64,000 bases of DNA from NCBI GenBank assembly GCA_041653675.1, contig JBAZEY010000005.1, positions 10,164-74,163 on the forward strand, in the 5' to 3' direction. Within the stretch, counting starts at the first letter, position 1. Every line of letters starts with the position of its first letter. This DNA comes from Patescibacteria group bacterium (GTDB taxonomy: Bacteria > Patescibacteriota > Patescibacteriia > XYB2-FULL-38-15). The position numbers were made by a program, and so were the translations under genes. Under the pieces are notes generated by a model, which saw nothing but the letters and a program-made list of their open reading frames with translations, was not told where the DNA came from and made no database searches. Positions 8,033-18,489 of the stretch are shown one piece after another.

Positions 8033-9790
8033 TTACTCTAAAACCGCTTTAATTCGGCGAATTCCCGCGCTTGAAGCCTCTTCCTTTATAATCTTAAAAG
8101 TCCCTAGTTCTCCGATATTATCCACATGCGGCCCGCCACAAATTTCTTTGCTAAAGTCGCCAATCGTGTAAACCTTAACCTTATCGCCGTATTTATGCTC
8201 AAAAACTCCGGTTGCGCCAGCTGTTTTAGCTTCATCAACCGTCATTTCTTCCATTTGCACCGGCGTTTTTTTGCTGATTTCATTATTAACTATTTCTTCC
8301 ACTTTTTTAATTTCTTCCGGCGTTACCTTTTGCGGATGCGAAAAATCAAAACGCAATCGCTCGGCGGTGATATTACTCCCGCGCTGCACCACATGCTCGC
8401 CCAAAACTTTTCGCAGGGCCGCGAGCATCAAATGTGCCGCGGTGTGCAGCCGAGTTGTTTCCACTCCGGCATCAGCCAAGCCGCCCTTAAACTGCCCGGC
8501 CGAAGCGGTTCGAGAAAGTTCTTGATGTTTTTTAAATTCTTCTTCAAATTCTTTGACGTCAACTTTCACGCCTTTGTCTTGTGCTAATTCCATCGTAAGT
8601 TCCAAGGGAAAGCCGTAAGTAGTAAAAAGGTTAAACGCATCTTTTCCCGTTACATTTTCTAATTTTTCAAATTCTTTCAATCCTCTTTCCAAAGTTTTAT
8701 CAAATTTTTTTTCTTCTTTATCTAATTCTTGAGCTATAAATTCGCTATTTTCTTCTAATTCATGATATTCCTGCCCGTAATAACTAGCAATTACTTTACT
8801 AAGACCGTACATAAAAGTCCCCTCAATGCCGATCTTTCTTGCATGCCGAATAGCTCGGCGAATCAAACGACGTAAAATATAACCCTGACCGACGTTTGAC
8901 GGAACAATCCCAATCGGATCGCCCAAAATAAAAGTCGCGGCACGAATGTGATCGGCGATAATTCTAACTGATTTTTCCTCCGGATCGGCGTCCGCCATTT
9001 CTTTTATCTTGGCCACGAGCGGCGCGAACATTTCTGTTTCATAAACACTATTACAACCGTTCAAAACTCCGATTGTCCGCTCAAGCCCCATGCCAGTATC
9101 AATATTTTTCTGCGCAAGCGGTTCATATTTCCCGTCGGCGGTTTTATTATATTGCATAAAAACATCGTTCCATATTTCTACCCATTTTTCCGTTGAACTC
9201 TTTGTTGAATCTTCGGGATCAAATTTTTCAGGAGGTTTTCCTTCGCCTTTCCAATAAAACATTTCTGTATCTGGTCCACATGGTCCGGTTGTACCAGCTG
9301 GTCCCCACCAATTATCTTTCTTCGGCAGTTTGGCAATTCGTTCCGGAGCAACTCCGAGAGAGATCCAAATATCATAAGCTTCTTTGTCAAAAGGAGCATC
9401 TTCGTCTCCGGCAAAAACGGTAACAGCTAAATATTTTTTATCAAGTCCGAGCCTTTTTTTATCCGTTAAAAATTCCCAAGACATTTTTATGGCGTCTTCT
9501 TTAAAATAATCGCCAAGCGACCAATTTCCTAACATTTCAAAAAAGGTATTATGCCAATTATCGCCAACCTCATCAATATCTCCCGTGCGAATGCATTTTT
9601 GTACGCTCGTTAAACGTTTTCCGGCCGGATGCTTTTCGCCAAGCAAAAACGGAACGAGCGGATGCATCCCGGCGGTCGTAAACAAAACCGTCGGGTCATT
9701 TTCCGGGATTAAAGAAGCCGAAGGAAGAACTGCGTGGCCGCGCTCCTCAAAAAATTCCAAATATTTTTCTCTCAATTCTTTAGCTGTCAT
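8033..9790 (-). CDS. alaS: Alanine--tRNA ligase, short form lacking the C-Ala domain
   Basis: LFTTAGM, FFEMLGNWS, IDTGMGLER, editing HTAAH and EICGGPHV. Confidence 0.96.
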   Translation of the reverse strand: MTAKELREKYLEFFEERGHAVLPSASLIPENDPTVLFTTAGMHPLVPFLLGEKHPAGKRLTSVQKCIRTGDIDEVGDNWHNTFFEMLGNWSLGDYFKEDAIKMSWEFLTDKKRLGLDKKYLAVTVFAGDEDAPFDKEAYDIWISLGVAPERIAKLPKKDNWWGPAGTTGPCGPDTEMFYWKGEGKPPEKFDPEDSTKSSTEKWVEIWNDVFMQYNKTADGKYEPLAQKNIDTGMGLERTIGVLNGCNSVYETEMFAPLVAKIKEMADADPEEKSVRIIADHIRAATFILGDPIGIVPSNVGQGYILRRLIRRAIRHARKIGIEGTFMYGLSKVIASYYGQEYHELEENSEFIAQELDKEEKKFDKTLERGLKEFEKLENVTGKDAFNLFTTYGFPLELTMELAQDKGVKVDVKEFEEEFKKHQELSRTASAGQFKGGLADAGVETTRLHTAAHLMLAALRKVLGEHVVQRGSNITAERLRFDFSHPQKVTPEEIKKVEEIVNNEISKKTPVQMEEMTVDEAKTAGATGVFEHKYGDKVKVYTIGDFSKEICGGPHVDNIGELGTFKIIKEEASSAGIRRIKAVLE

Positions 9791-9794
9791 AATT

Positions 9795-10853
9795 TTATTT
9801 TATAACTCCCCCGCCGAGCACTTCGTCTCCTTTGTAAAAAACCACCGACTGCCCCGCCGTAATAGCTCTCTGCGGCTTATCAAAAATTATTTTAAAATTA
9901 TTTTTTATTTTTTTAATCACGCACGGCGCTTCTTTATGTTTATATCGTATTTTTGCTTTGGCGCGCATCGGCAACTTTGGCGCGTGCCCGGCGATCCAGC
10001 TCACTCTTCCGGCTATTAATTCTTTTGATAATAATTTCTTTTGATCGCGGCTAACATATAAAACATTTTTTCCAGTATCAATTTTCACAACATACCACGG
10101 CCCGCCGCCGAGCGCCAATCCCCTTCTCTGGCCAATTGTATAGAATGGCAAACCGTCGTGCCCACCCAATTTCTTTCCACTTTCTAATTCTACAATTTTT
10201 CCACTTTTAACTTTCAAATATTTTTTCAAAAAACTTTTTAAACTTGCTCCCACAAAACAAACTTCCTGGCTGTCTTTTTTCGCGTGAACCGGCAAGCCGA
10301 ATTTTTTGGCCATCGCTCGCACTCGCGGTTTTACATAATCGCCTACCGGAAACAAAATCTGCTTTAATTTATCTTGCGTCAAAGTATAAAGAAAATACGA
10401 TTGATCTTTTTCTGGATCTTTTCCTTTTAATAATTTACCATTGATAACTCGCGCGTAATGTCCGGTCGCAACATATTCTGCACCCATTGCCCGCGCCTTC
10501 TTTAACAATTCTCCAAATTTTATAAACCTATTACACTCCACGCAAGGATTCGGCGTCCGTCCGGCCCGATATTCTTTCAAAAAATAATCTACCACCAATT
10601 TCTTAAACGGAACTTTCATGTTCAGCGTATAGATCGGAATTCCCAATTTTTGCGCCACGCGTCGCGCGTCGCTGTATGCCTCAAATGAACAACATTTATT
10701 CATCGCGCAACCTGCGCCGCTGGCCGACTCCGACCAAAACCGCATAAAAACGCCGACGACATCAAACCCCTGCTTTTTCAAAAGTGCGGCCGCGACCGAA
10801 GAATCAATTCCGCCCGACATTGCTACCATTACTTTTTCCTTTTTCTTCATCAT
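9795..10853 (-). CDS. mnmA: tRNA-specific 2-thiouridylase
   Basis: SGGIDS, TPNPCVECN, ATGHY, KDQSYFL, TIGQRRG. Confidence 0.96.
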   Translation of the reverse strand: MMKKKEKVMVAMSGGIDSSVAAALLKKQGFDVVGVFMRFWSESASGAGCAMNKCCSFEAYSDARRVAQKLGIPIYTLNMKVPFKKLVVDYFLKEYRAGRTPNPCVECNRFIKFGELLKKARAMGAEYVATGHYARVINGKLLKGKDPEKDQSYFLYTLTQDKLKQILFPVGDYVKPRVRAMAKKFGLPVHAKKDSQEVCFVGASLKSFLKKYLKVKSGKIVELESGKKLGGHDGLPFYTIGQRRGLALGGGPWYVVKIDTGKNVLYVSRDQKKLLSKELIAGRVSWIAGHAPKLPMRAKAKIRYKHKEAPCVIKKIKNNFKIIFDKPQRAITAGQSVVFYKGDEVLGGGVIK

Positions 10854-10899
10854 AATAATTATCTAATCTTACAATAAATTATCTATAAAAACAAGAGAT

Positions 10900-10940
10900 A
10901 AAAAACGCTGGCCATCGCGCCGTAACGCAATTTGGCCAGC
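10900..10940 (-). terminator. Terminator of cassette D
   Basis: GCTGGCCA...TGGCCAGC followed by T6 on the minus strand. Confidence 0.65.
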
Positions 10941-10954
10941 ACTTCGCCCTCCTC

Positions 10955-11785
10955 CTACTCGCCTTCCGCGATCTCCACGAGCCTGCGCTCGAAGGATCGC
11001 CGCTTCGGCTCCCGTTCGAGGTAACCGCACACGACCTTCTTGACGTTGAACATGTCGGGCAAATCGCCGACAAACCCGAAGAGCCCGCGGAGTCTTTCGA
11101 GCTGCACCTGCAGGGCGCGAGCGTAAACCAAGCCGTGCGAACGGCCCATGGTGAGAATCGTTGCCTCCGAGAAGCCGGGCCCCTTTTCCGGCATCTGCCT
11201 GGCCTCTGCGAGAATCAGGAGCGCCGCCCTTTCGGGATCCCCCGCCGACCCCCTCGGTGCGTAGCAGAAATTGATTGTGGCCGCACACTGGGCGTCGAAC
11301 CAATTTCCCGCCCGTGCTGCTTCCAGACAGTCCTCGCGTACTTGGGTCGCCCACTTCCCGAAAAACGTCTGCCGGTTCACCTTGGAGGTGTCGATCACCC
11401 ATTGCCAAGCGAAGACGGTCGGCGAGTTTGGGATGTCATAGACATGAATCAGGGCGTCACCCAACTCAGCCTTCATCGCCTCGAGGCGCGAATACGGCGA
11501 CAATCTCCAATAGTCCACCTTCTCGCAGCCTGCGATCTTGGCCTGGATTGCCGCCTCTTCCGGTGTAGCCCGCCGAAGCTTGGCCGACAGGTGGCCGTTT
11601 CCGGCGTCATGGCTCTCCACTTCCACTACAGGAAACCCCAGAGCTTTTCCCATGGCTTGGAGAACCTTGTGTTGATCGGCCGTGTACCATTCGAACCACG
11701 CGGCGGAGATCTCCTCTCCGACCGCACGGATCTCCCCGGAAATGTATTCACCTAGCGCGAACTTCACTTCACGATTTTCCGCCAT
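10955..11785 (-). CDS. GC-rich hypothetical protein (cassette D)
   Basis: AGGAGG 7 nt upstream of ATG; GC-rich codons; own terminator; no family recognised. Confidence 0.65.
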   Translation of the reverse strand: MAENREVKFALGEYISGEIRAVGEEISAAWFEWYTADQHKVLQAMGKALGFPVVEVESHDAGNGHLSAKLRRATPEEAAIQAKIAGCEKVDYWRLSPYSRLEAMKAELGDALIHVYDIPNSPTVFAWQWVIDTSKVNRQTFFGKWATQVREDCLEAARAGNWFDAQCAATINFCYAPRGSAGDPERAALLILAEARQMPEKGPGFSEATILTMGRSHGLVYARALQVQLERLRGLFGFVGDLPDMFNVKKVVCGYLEREPKRRSFERRLVEIAEGE

Positions 11786-11883
11786 TTTCTTTCCTCCTAA
11801 TGCTACTTTAATCTAAACAAACTTAAATTACAAATTTATTAAATAAAAAACAGCGGCGAAATGCCACCGCTATATGAACCGGT

Positions 11884-12423
11884 CTATCTCATCGAATAAA
11901 TGCACCCGCAATAATTTTGCCGGTACAAACCCAAACGACGCGACTCTTTATCAGTTTCCACTTGCCCGCCGCCTTTTTTAAAATCTTCCGCCAAAAATTT
12001 TAGGCCAAATTGTTTTGCCCATTTTTCTCCGAGTGGATTTATTACCGCCGCTTTTTTATTCCGACCAACCGTCAGCGTTGAAGCAAAATACTCAAAATTA
12101 TTCTCTTTGGCATATTTTGCCGTTTCACCAAGCCGCAAACTAAAACACATCTCACATCTCTCGGAGCTTTCCGGATCGGCCTCATGGCCATGGACAAGCG
12201 CCAGCCACTCTTCCGGCTGATATTTTCCCTCGACCAATTCCACTTTCGCCTCGCCCGCCACCCGCCGCGCCGCTTCCAATCTTTTTTTATATTCTTCTTC
12301 CGGAGCGATATTTGGATTAAAAAAATATAACGTCACGTCAAAGTCAGCGGATAACTTTTTCGGTATCCACGCCCCGCAAACGCCGCAACATATATGTAAT
12401 AGTAATTTTGGCTTATCTTTCAT
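11884..12423 (-). CDS. queH: Epoxyqueuosine reductase QueH (DUF208)
   Basis: LLLHICCG.C, NPNI.P.EEY, RC..CF..RL, LYRQNYCGC. Confidence 0.92.
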   Translation of the reverse strand: MKDKPKLLLHICCGVCGAWIPKKLSADFDVTLYFFNPNIAPEEEYKKRLEAARRVAGEAKVELVEGKYQPEEWLALVHGHEADPESSERCEMCFSLRLGETAKYAKENNFEYFASTLTVGRNKKAAVINPLGEKWAKQFGLKFLAEDFKKGGGQVETDKESRRLGLYRQNYCGCIYSMR

Positions 12424-12473
12424 AACAAAAACATCTTAGCATAACAAAACAAGTCCTTCCAGGGGACTTGTTT

Positions 12474-14639
12474 TTATTTAAAACCGTTATTCTTCTGATT
12501 CTGGCCGCCCGTTTTCGGCGGAAAATTTTGTTTACCTCCGCCCCCGCCCCCATTTTTCTTTTTTGCCTGACGCTCTTTTTCTTTTTCAGTCTTAAGGCAG
12601 GCCTTACAATAAACCGGGCGATTCGGATCGGGGTTGAAAGAAACCCGGTCCGACTTCCCGCAGGCAGAACAAGTTATTTCATAAGGAAATTTTTCCTCGA
12701 ATGTTCTTTTATCATCGCCCTTTCCCTTTTCTTTTTCTTTTTTTCCCTCTTCTTTTTTGATGGACAGGGCGGGAGGAACGGGCAACGCGGCCGGAGCTGA
12801 TTTTTTTTCTTCAAGAACAGCGGGCAGATTTTGCGGAATAGGCGCAATTTTCTTCTCGTCCGGTTCATCCAGATTTAAGGGCGACGGGACGTCTTCTTCT
12901 ACGATTGATTTTTGAGGGATATTTTCTTCTTGTTTTTTAACCAACACTCTTTTTTCTTCTCTTACGGGCTTTGGAACAAGCGGCGGCTGCTTTATTTTGA
13001 TATCTATATCAATTTTTTCCTTTGGTTTAATCACAACTTTCGGTGGACGAACAATTACGGTAGGCACAATAACTTCTTTTTGCACCTCTCGCTCTTCATT
13101 AAATTTTTCTCTTTTTTCCGGCTCTGATTCAAAAATTTTTAAGAAATTAACAGCTTGTACTTTTGATTTTTCCAAAATTGCTTCACGAGCGGTGATGGCG
13201 CGCTCTTCAAGCTCGACTTGCGACATTTCTGGTTTTTTCTTTTCTTCTACCTCTACTGCTACCGCCCCGCTTTTTATGCCTTCCGCTTCTTGTTTTTTTT
13301 CTTCAATTAATTTTTTAATCTCCGCCTCCAGTTCTTCGTCGGATTTTTCTTCAGTGCCGATAACCTGCATTCCGCTCCAGCGAATAATCTTTTCCTCAAC
13401 GATTTCCTTCGGCTTGGCGTAACGTTCCCGGGAAACGCGAATGACTTTATCTCTATTATCAGTCGGTCCCGTAACCGGTGGGAGACCCGACGCAGAAAAA
13501 GGCGTTGATGATACGCCATCAATCATCAATTTCATGTACGTATCGTATTTGGTCAAATTTACTAAATCTTCGGCCGTGAAAGTCGGCAAAAATTCTTTTT
13601 CCAAAACCTCGGCATCGGCCGCGCCAATCCGGAAAGCAACAATTGTTCCGACGTTACCAAAAACGGCGGCGGCAACTTCTTCGGCCAACTGTTCAATATA
13701 TTGATGGGCTAAAACTAAATTCAAACGATATTTTCTGGCTTCAGACAAAATATTGGCAAAACTCAAAGTAGCAAAATTTTGAAATTCATCGACATAAAGA
13801 TAAAAATCTTTTCTTTGGGGTTCTGGAATGTCCACCCGGCCCATGGCCGCCAACTGAATTCTTGTAACAAGCATATTTCCCAAAAGGGCGCTCGCGTCCT
13901 CACCAATCCGGCCTTTAGCCAAATTCATTATAAAAATCTTCTGGCTGTCCATAATTTCGCGCATATCAATTGTGGATTTCACCTGGCCGACAATATTTCT
14001 AACAATTGATGCCGATAAAAATTGACCAACCTTATTTTGGATAGGCGCGATCGCTTCCGTGGCGAACCTTTCATTATATTTGGCAAATTCATCAACCCAA
14101 AAAGCTTTGACAACCGGGTCTTTCAGTTTAAGAATAACTTTTTTCCGATAATCCCGGTCGGCTAACATTCTGTTAATTCCAAGCATGGTCGATCCCGGAC
14201 AATCCAAAAGCGCGAGAATTGTGTTATTCAAAATATATTCCATTCTGGCTGACCAAACATCAGGCCATATTTTTTTGAAAACTCCCATCATGCCCGAAGC
14301 AACAAGGTGTTTATATCTTGGATCAATAGATTCCAAAATATTAAAAGCAATCGGCCAGTCCAAATCAGCCGGATTAAAATAAACCACGTCGTTGATTCTA
14401 TCCGCCGGGATAAAATCAAGAATTTTTTCCGCCAAATCGCCGTGTGGATCAACCACGCCTACGCCGCGTCCCGCCCGGATATCGGAGATAATTAAATTCT
14501 CCAGCGTGGTCGTTTTGCCCATGCCGGTTTTACCGATGATGTACATGTGCCGACGGCGATCGTCGGTTTTAATGCCGAAACGTTTTCGAGCTCCTCGAAA
14601 ATTTGTTTCAGCAAATAATGCTACCTCCTCGTTTTGCAT
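12474..14639 (-). CDS. VirB4/TraD/HerA-like ATPase with charged linker and C-terminal CxxC-x17-CxxC domain
   Basis: Walker A GKTGMGKT, VVDPHGD, Walker B LYVDEFQN, SEARKY; CSAC...RPVYCKAC. Confidence 0.85.
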   Translation of the reverse strand: MQNEEVALFAETNFRGARKRFGIKTDDRRRHMYIIGKTGMGKTTTLENLIISDIRAGRGVGVVDPHGDLAEKILDFIPADRINDVVYFNPADLDWPIAFNILESIDPRYKHLVASGMMGVFKKIWPDVWSARMEYILNNTILALLDCPGSTMLGINRMLADRDYRKKVILKLKDPVVKAFWVDEFAKYNERFATEAIAPIQNKVGQFLSASIVRNIVGQVKSTIDMREIMDSQKIFIMNLAKGRIGEDASALLGNMLVTRIQLAAMGRVDIPEPQRKDFYLYVDEFQNFATLSFANILSEARKYRLNLVLAHQYIEQLAEEVAAAVFGNVGTIVAFRIGAADAEVLEKEFLPTFTAEDLVNLTKYDTYMKLMIDGVSSTPFSASGLPPVTGPTDNRDKVIRVSRERYAKPKEIVEEKIIRWSGMQVIGTEEKSDEELEAEIKKLIEEKKQEAEGIKSGAVAVEVEEKKKPEMSQVELEERAITAREAILEKSKVQAVNFLKIFESEPEKREKFNEEREVQKEVIVPTVIVRPPKVVIKPKEKIDIDIKIKQPPLVPKPVREEKRVLVKKQEENIPQKSIVEEDVPSPLNLDEPDEKKIAPIPQNLPAVLEEKKSAPAALPVPPALSIKKEEGKKEKEKGKGDDKRTFEEKFPYEITCSACGKSDRVSFNPDPNRPVYCKACLKTEKEKERQAKKKNGGGGGGKQNFPPKTGGQNQKNNGFK

Positions 14640-14645
14640 ATTTGT

Positions 14646-16073
14646 TTATACTGTTGGTAATTTTTCCGGTGGTAATCCTTCTTTTTCTTCCTTTGACAAC
14701 TCCTCTTCCCCTCCGGTTTCCTTCATCGCTTTCATATAGTTCGGATATTCAAACGGCAAATTAATAGGCGGCACGCCACGTTTACTTTCCACGGTCTTAA
14801 CGGGCGGCGCCTTAATCCAAGCCGCTGGGAAGTGCCACATCGTAGCCAGCTCTTCAATATTTAAAACAAAGCCCTTTCCAATTCCCCTCGTTTGGCTGCG
14901 CCCCTTATAGGCCCGCAAAATTTTTTCTTTTTTCCACTTTAATCTTGTTTTTATAAAAATATAATGGGCGGCGGTGCCAACTTTTTTATATTCCGGCTTA
15001 ATACTCTGGCCATCCATAGTACTAAATTGTTTGATCGCGCCAACCATAGGATGCGCCGCGCGTGCTTTTTTGAAAATTTCCTTTTTCCCAAGATAAATCA
15101 TTCTTATCTTTGTTTGAAAACCGATCTTGGAAATTTTTCTTTCAATCGCCTCAACCAGGGTTTTTACTCCGGGCGAAAGATATTGCATCATGGACGCCTC
15201 TTTCTTTTCTTCTTTTTTCTTCACCGGCGCGTCTTCTCCACTGCTTAAAATCTGAGTCAAGGCCGTGTCCGCGACTTTTCCAGGCAGATCAACAATTTTA
15301 CTCAGCCAGGTCTCTTTCGCTTCAATCTTCGCACCAATTAATTTTTTAACCAAATTTACACCTTTCGTGGTCCATTCTTTCTGGCTAATCGGAGTGATAA
15401 TTATCTGAAACCAAATATGTTCGCCCTTTCCCATTTTGGACATCGTCTCAAGCATGGCCGCCAAAGGATCTTTAAACTCCTTAGTCGTTGGATCTTCAAA
15501 ATCATGATAAGTCCGTAAGGGATACGCGTCTTCTTTTTTAACCTTAACCCATTCCGTGCCAAATAACTCCCATTCGGCGTCTGGAAAAATTTTCGGCGCC
15601 CACTTTGTATAATCAACAACTTCCGTAATTTCTGCGGCGGGATATTGGGCGTAAACCGCTGCCTCAACTAAATCACGAAATTTATCGCGAGTGCGAATGA
15701 CAAACTGGATATACCCTTCAGTGCTTACAATTTCTAAGCTAAACCAATCCTGGGTTTTCCCTTCCCAATACTTTTCCCAAAGAGTATCTGTGCCGTGCGC
15801 GCCGTCCAGATGGGAAAAAATATTTTCTACGGCTAGGGGCGACTGTCCTGGTTCATCCAAAACAGCTTTCGGAATATCTATTGCTAAAAAAATCCAGCGG
15901 CGCTTTGCTTCGTAAAGATTCTGCCGCCAATTAACCCAAATTTCCCATGATCCCCAAAGAAAAACCCAAAGGATTATGGCCCATCCTCCGTCGGCGAAAA
16001 GCCGCCACATTATAGCAGGAGGCGACATTGTCGCTAATTTATCAAAATAACTCAAATCAATAGTGATCATCAC
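14646..16073 (-). CDS. Membrane-anchored partner of the ATPase, homologous to the N-terminal part of 56533..59199
   Basis: Shared SLEI/SFEI, YPLRTY/FPIKTY and LNIEELATMWHFP/LNSEEMASLFHFP. Confidence 0.75.
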   Translation of the reverse strand: MMITIDLSYFDKLATMSPPAIMWRLFADGGWAIILWVFLWGSWEIWVNWRQNLYEAKRRWIFLAIDIPKAVLDEPGQSPLAVENIFSHLDGAHGTDTLWEKYWEGKTQDWFSLEIVSTEGYIQFVIRTRDKFRDLVEAAVYAQYPAAEITEVVDYTKWAPKIFPDAEWELFGTEWVKVKKEDAYPLRTYHDFEDPTTKEFKDPLAAMLETMSKMGKGEHIWFQIIITPISQKEWTTKGVNLVKKLIGAKIEAKETWLSKIVDLPGKVADTALTQILSSGEDAPVKKKEEKKEASMMQYLSPGVKTLVEAIERKISKIGFQTKIRMIYLGKKEIFKKARAAHPMVGAIKQFSTMDGQSIKPEYKKVGTAAHYIFIKTRLKWKKEKILRAYKGRSQTRGIGKGFVLNIEELATMWHFPAAWIKAPPVKTVESKRGVPPINLPFEYPNYMKAMKETGGEEELSKEEKEGLPPEKLPTV

Positions 16074-16227
16074 TACGCAAATTACTATTTTTAACTAATT
16101 TACAAATTTCCTTCCTCTGATATTTATTATAGCACAAAAAATGAGTCAAGTTAATAACAAAAATAACCCTATTGCGGGTTCATTTTTAAAATTAAAATAA
16201 AAATCATCTTTTTTGCAAAATATGAGG

Positions 16228-17058
16228 TTATTTTCTGTATTGTTCGGGAAAATTAAGCCGGCTGACCAGAAATCTTACAACCATAATGCAGGCAAAAGGA
16301 AACATTCCCGTAAAAGCAATTAAAGCAAAAATTGGCTTATTAATATTTATGGCTGTTAAAATTGTAAAAAAACAAATCATGGCATATCCGATAACTGGAG
16401 CGTAATCAAATAAAGTCGCTTCTTCCGGCCGCTCGCGCTCGAAGAAAATTTTGTAAAGAAAAACTACTGAAAAAGAAATTGTCATCCAACCAAAAAAATT
16501 ATTAATTGGCACGCCAAAATATTCTCCGGGATGAAGCCATGACCACCATCCCATTTCTACCGCAAGCGGCTCAAGAGAAAAATCCCAAGCCACAACCACA
16601 AGCGAAGTTAAAAGCGCGCACCAAAAACTGACCCAAAATTTTTGCAAAAAAGGCGTATGCTTTGTAAACCTGAAATTCGTAATGTGCTCCGAAACTTGGT
16701 AAGAAAGATAAATAATCGCCGCCCACATCAAAATTATAAGCACCGGAATATTCAAAAATTTCCATCCTAAAAATTCAGAATATTTATAATACCCCTCAAA
16801 ATTATTGGCCAAATTCGCGCCGATAAATTCCGCCCCCAGACTGACCGACAAAACTAAAATGAGAAAAAGTATCGCGTTTCGCGCGCCAAATTTTCTAAAC
16901 GCGTGCCAGAGAGTAAAAATAAAAACCGATAAAGTAAAAAACGCCGTCAGAAAAAATCCCCCGATTTTTTGCCCTTGCCACAAGATAAAAATATAAAAAA
17001 GTATAATCGCGGCAAAAAATAAATTGGCGAGAAAAAAATTTAAATTTTTTGACTGCAT
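16228..17058 (-). CDS. Carotenoid biosynthesis membrane protein (DUF422/CruF-like)
   Basis: E..G...Y.Y...LG...P, WD..LEP.A...WW.W, YFGVP..NF.GW; start set at MQSKN to avoid overlap. Confidence 0.7.
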   Translation of the reverse strand: MQSKNLNFFLANLFFAAIILFYIFILWQGQKIGGFFLTAFFTLSVFIFTLWHAFRKFGARNAILFLILVLSVSLGAEFIGANLANNFEGYYKYSEFLGWKFLNIPVLIILMWAAIIYLSYQVSEHITNFRFTKHTPFLQKFWVSFWCALLTSLVVVAWDFSLEPLAVEMGWWSWLHPGEYFGVPINNFFGWMTISFSVVFLYKIFFERERPEEATLFDYAPVIGYAMICFFTILTAININKPIFALIAFTGMFPFACIMVVRFLVSRLNFPEQYRK

Positions 17059-17068
17059 AAATTTAAAA

Positions 17069-17524
17069 TTATAACGCGCCCAATTCTTCAAGAGCGCGCC
17101 TGAATGTTTTTATGGCTCTTTGGGCCATGCCGTGGTCCAAAACAAAAGTTGCCTCGTGCACAAGCTGATTTCGAAGGACATGCGCCCACCAAACTTTGCG
17201 CAAGCGGCCATATTTAAAACTCGCGAAGCGGATTCTCTCGCCCATATCTTTTCCGGACATAGACATTGATTTCAAAACATAATCAAGCATTTTGTCCGCT
17301 TCCATTACGGCCAATTTATAATTCATCTCGCCGGGTCCATCCAACATTTTTTCTATCTCTTGCCAGCGTTTTTTTATACCAGTTTTATCAAGATCGTATT
17401 CTCTACTTTTAAAAAATACCGCGATAGCTTTGTACGCGCGATAAATTAAAAAAATAAAAGCAATGGCGGCCAGCGCCCCGCCGATAAATTTTAGTAAAGT
17501 AAAAATATCAATTTCAACTGTCAT
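17069..17524 (-). CDS. Hypothetical protein with N-terminal TM helix
   Basis: LAVMEADK..D..L...G..MGER, AH..RN.LVHE. Confidence 0.7.
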   Translation of the reverse strand: MTVEIDIFTLLKFIGGALAAIAFIFLIYRAYKAIAVFFKSREYDLDKTGIKKRWQEIEKMLDGPGEMNYKLAVMEADKMLDYVLKSMSMSGKDMGERIRFASFKYGRLRKVWWAHVLRNQLVHEATFVLDHGMAQRAIKTFRRALEELGAL

Positions 17525-17533
17525 ATTTTACGT

Positions 17534-17884
17534 TTATTCTAATTCAAAAACTAGAACCCCATATTTTTTGATCCGTTGTTCATATCCAGGAAACTCAGCA
17601 TACCTTTTCTTGAGCTCTTCGTACGAAGAAATCTCCGGATTGATTTCCTGAAACTTATACGCGGCGAATAAATCATCCAAATTTTTGTAGTGAGATATTT
17701 TTTTAACCCGTTTTATAATTTTTTCATCGCCGCAAGAAAACTCAATACTATCGTCTTTACGGATCTGAAAATATTCCGGATTTCCCGCCCGCGTTTCAAT
17801 CTTTTTCTTCCCCCGCCGTATCAACTCAAAATTTTTTCTGTCCGCCTCAAGAAATGGCAGCTTGTGGATAGTATTATTCCCCAT
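17534..17884 (-). CDS. ASCH/PUA-like domain protein
   Basis: FELIRRGKKKIETR, D.IEF, GVLVFEL. Confidence 0.75.
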   Translation of the reverse strand: MGNNTIHKLPFLEADRKNFELIRRGKKKIETRAGNPEYFQIRKDDSIEFSCGDEKIIKRVKKISHYKNLDDLFAAYKFQEINPEISSYEELKKRYAEFPGYEQRIKKYGVLVFELE

Positions 17885-17892
17885 GGCACTTT

Positions 17893-18483
17893 TTATATTT
17901 CTTTCCTCGTCCACCGAACTCTCGCCGGCGCGTCTTCGGCCGACCATTTTATTTCCAATTTCCCGCCCTTGAAAGCGCTCGCTACTTGTTTGCCGATAGA
18001 AACGGCCAGCTGATTTTCCGTGGTCGTGACGCGCACCTTGCGGCCCATATCTTCAATTTTTATAATCTGATCTTCCGGATCGCGGACAAATGCGCGCTTA
18101 CCGACATTCCTCGCCAAATTTATAATTTCACTTTTTTCTTCAGGTACTAAATTTTCTAAAATCAACTCCCCTTCCCATCCGGTTTTTCCTTTGCCGCCCG
18201 TAATCCACTTGCATTCGGCGCAAAGTTCTTTCACGACCGGTTTTTTCGGCAACATTTTTTTATACATCGCCAAAAAATTTGGAATAGTGTGCCAATGCTC
18301 ATCAAAATAAACCGCGCCACAACGGGAACAAATACACAACGGTTTCTTCCCTTTCACTTCATACTCCCACCAACTCGGCGCGATGCGCGGCGTATGGCCG
18401 GCAGTCAGCTTATCTTTTTTTAACCCCGTAAGAACAGTCTGGCTCGTGAATTTCTTTCCTTTTTTGATATTAATTTTTCTCAT
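17893..18483 (-). CDS. BCAM0308-like Zn-binding protein
   Basis: C..CGAVY...HW, CAEC, VTTTENQLA..IG. Confidence 0.6.
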   Translation of the reverse strand: MRKINIKKGKKFTSQTVLTGLKKDKLTAGHTPRIAPSWWEYEVKGKKPLCICSRCGAVYFDEHWHTIPNFLAMYKKMLPKKPVVKELCAECKWITGGKGKTGWEGELILENLVPEEKSEIINLARNVGKRAFVRDPEDQIIKIEDMGRKVRVTTTENQLAVSIGKQVASAFKGGKLEIKWSAEDAPARVRWTRKEI

Positions 18484-18489
18484 TGTATT

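Noticed and set aside
8033-9790. alaS (and truB) as truncated pseudogenes
   Set aside because: Catalytic motifs are intact with clean stops; short forms are known in reduced genomes.
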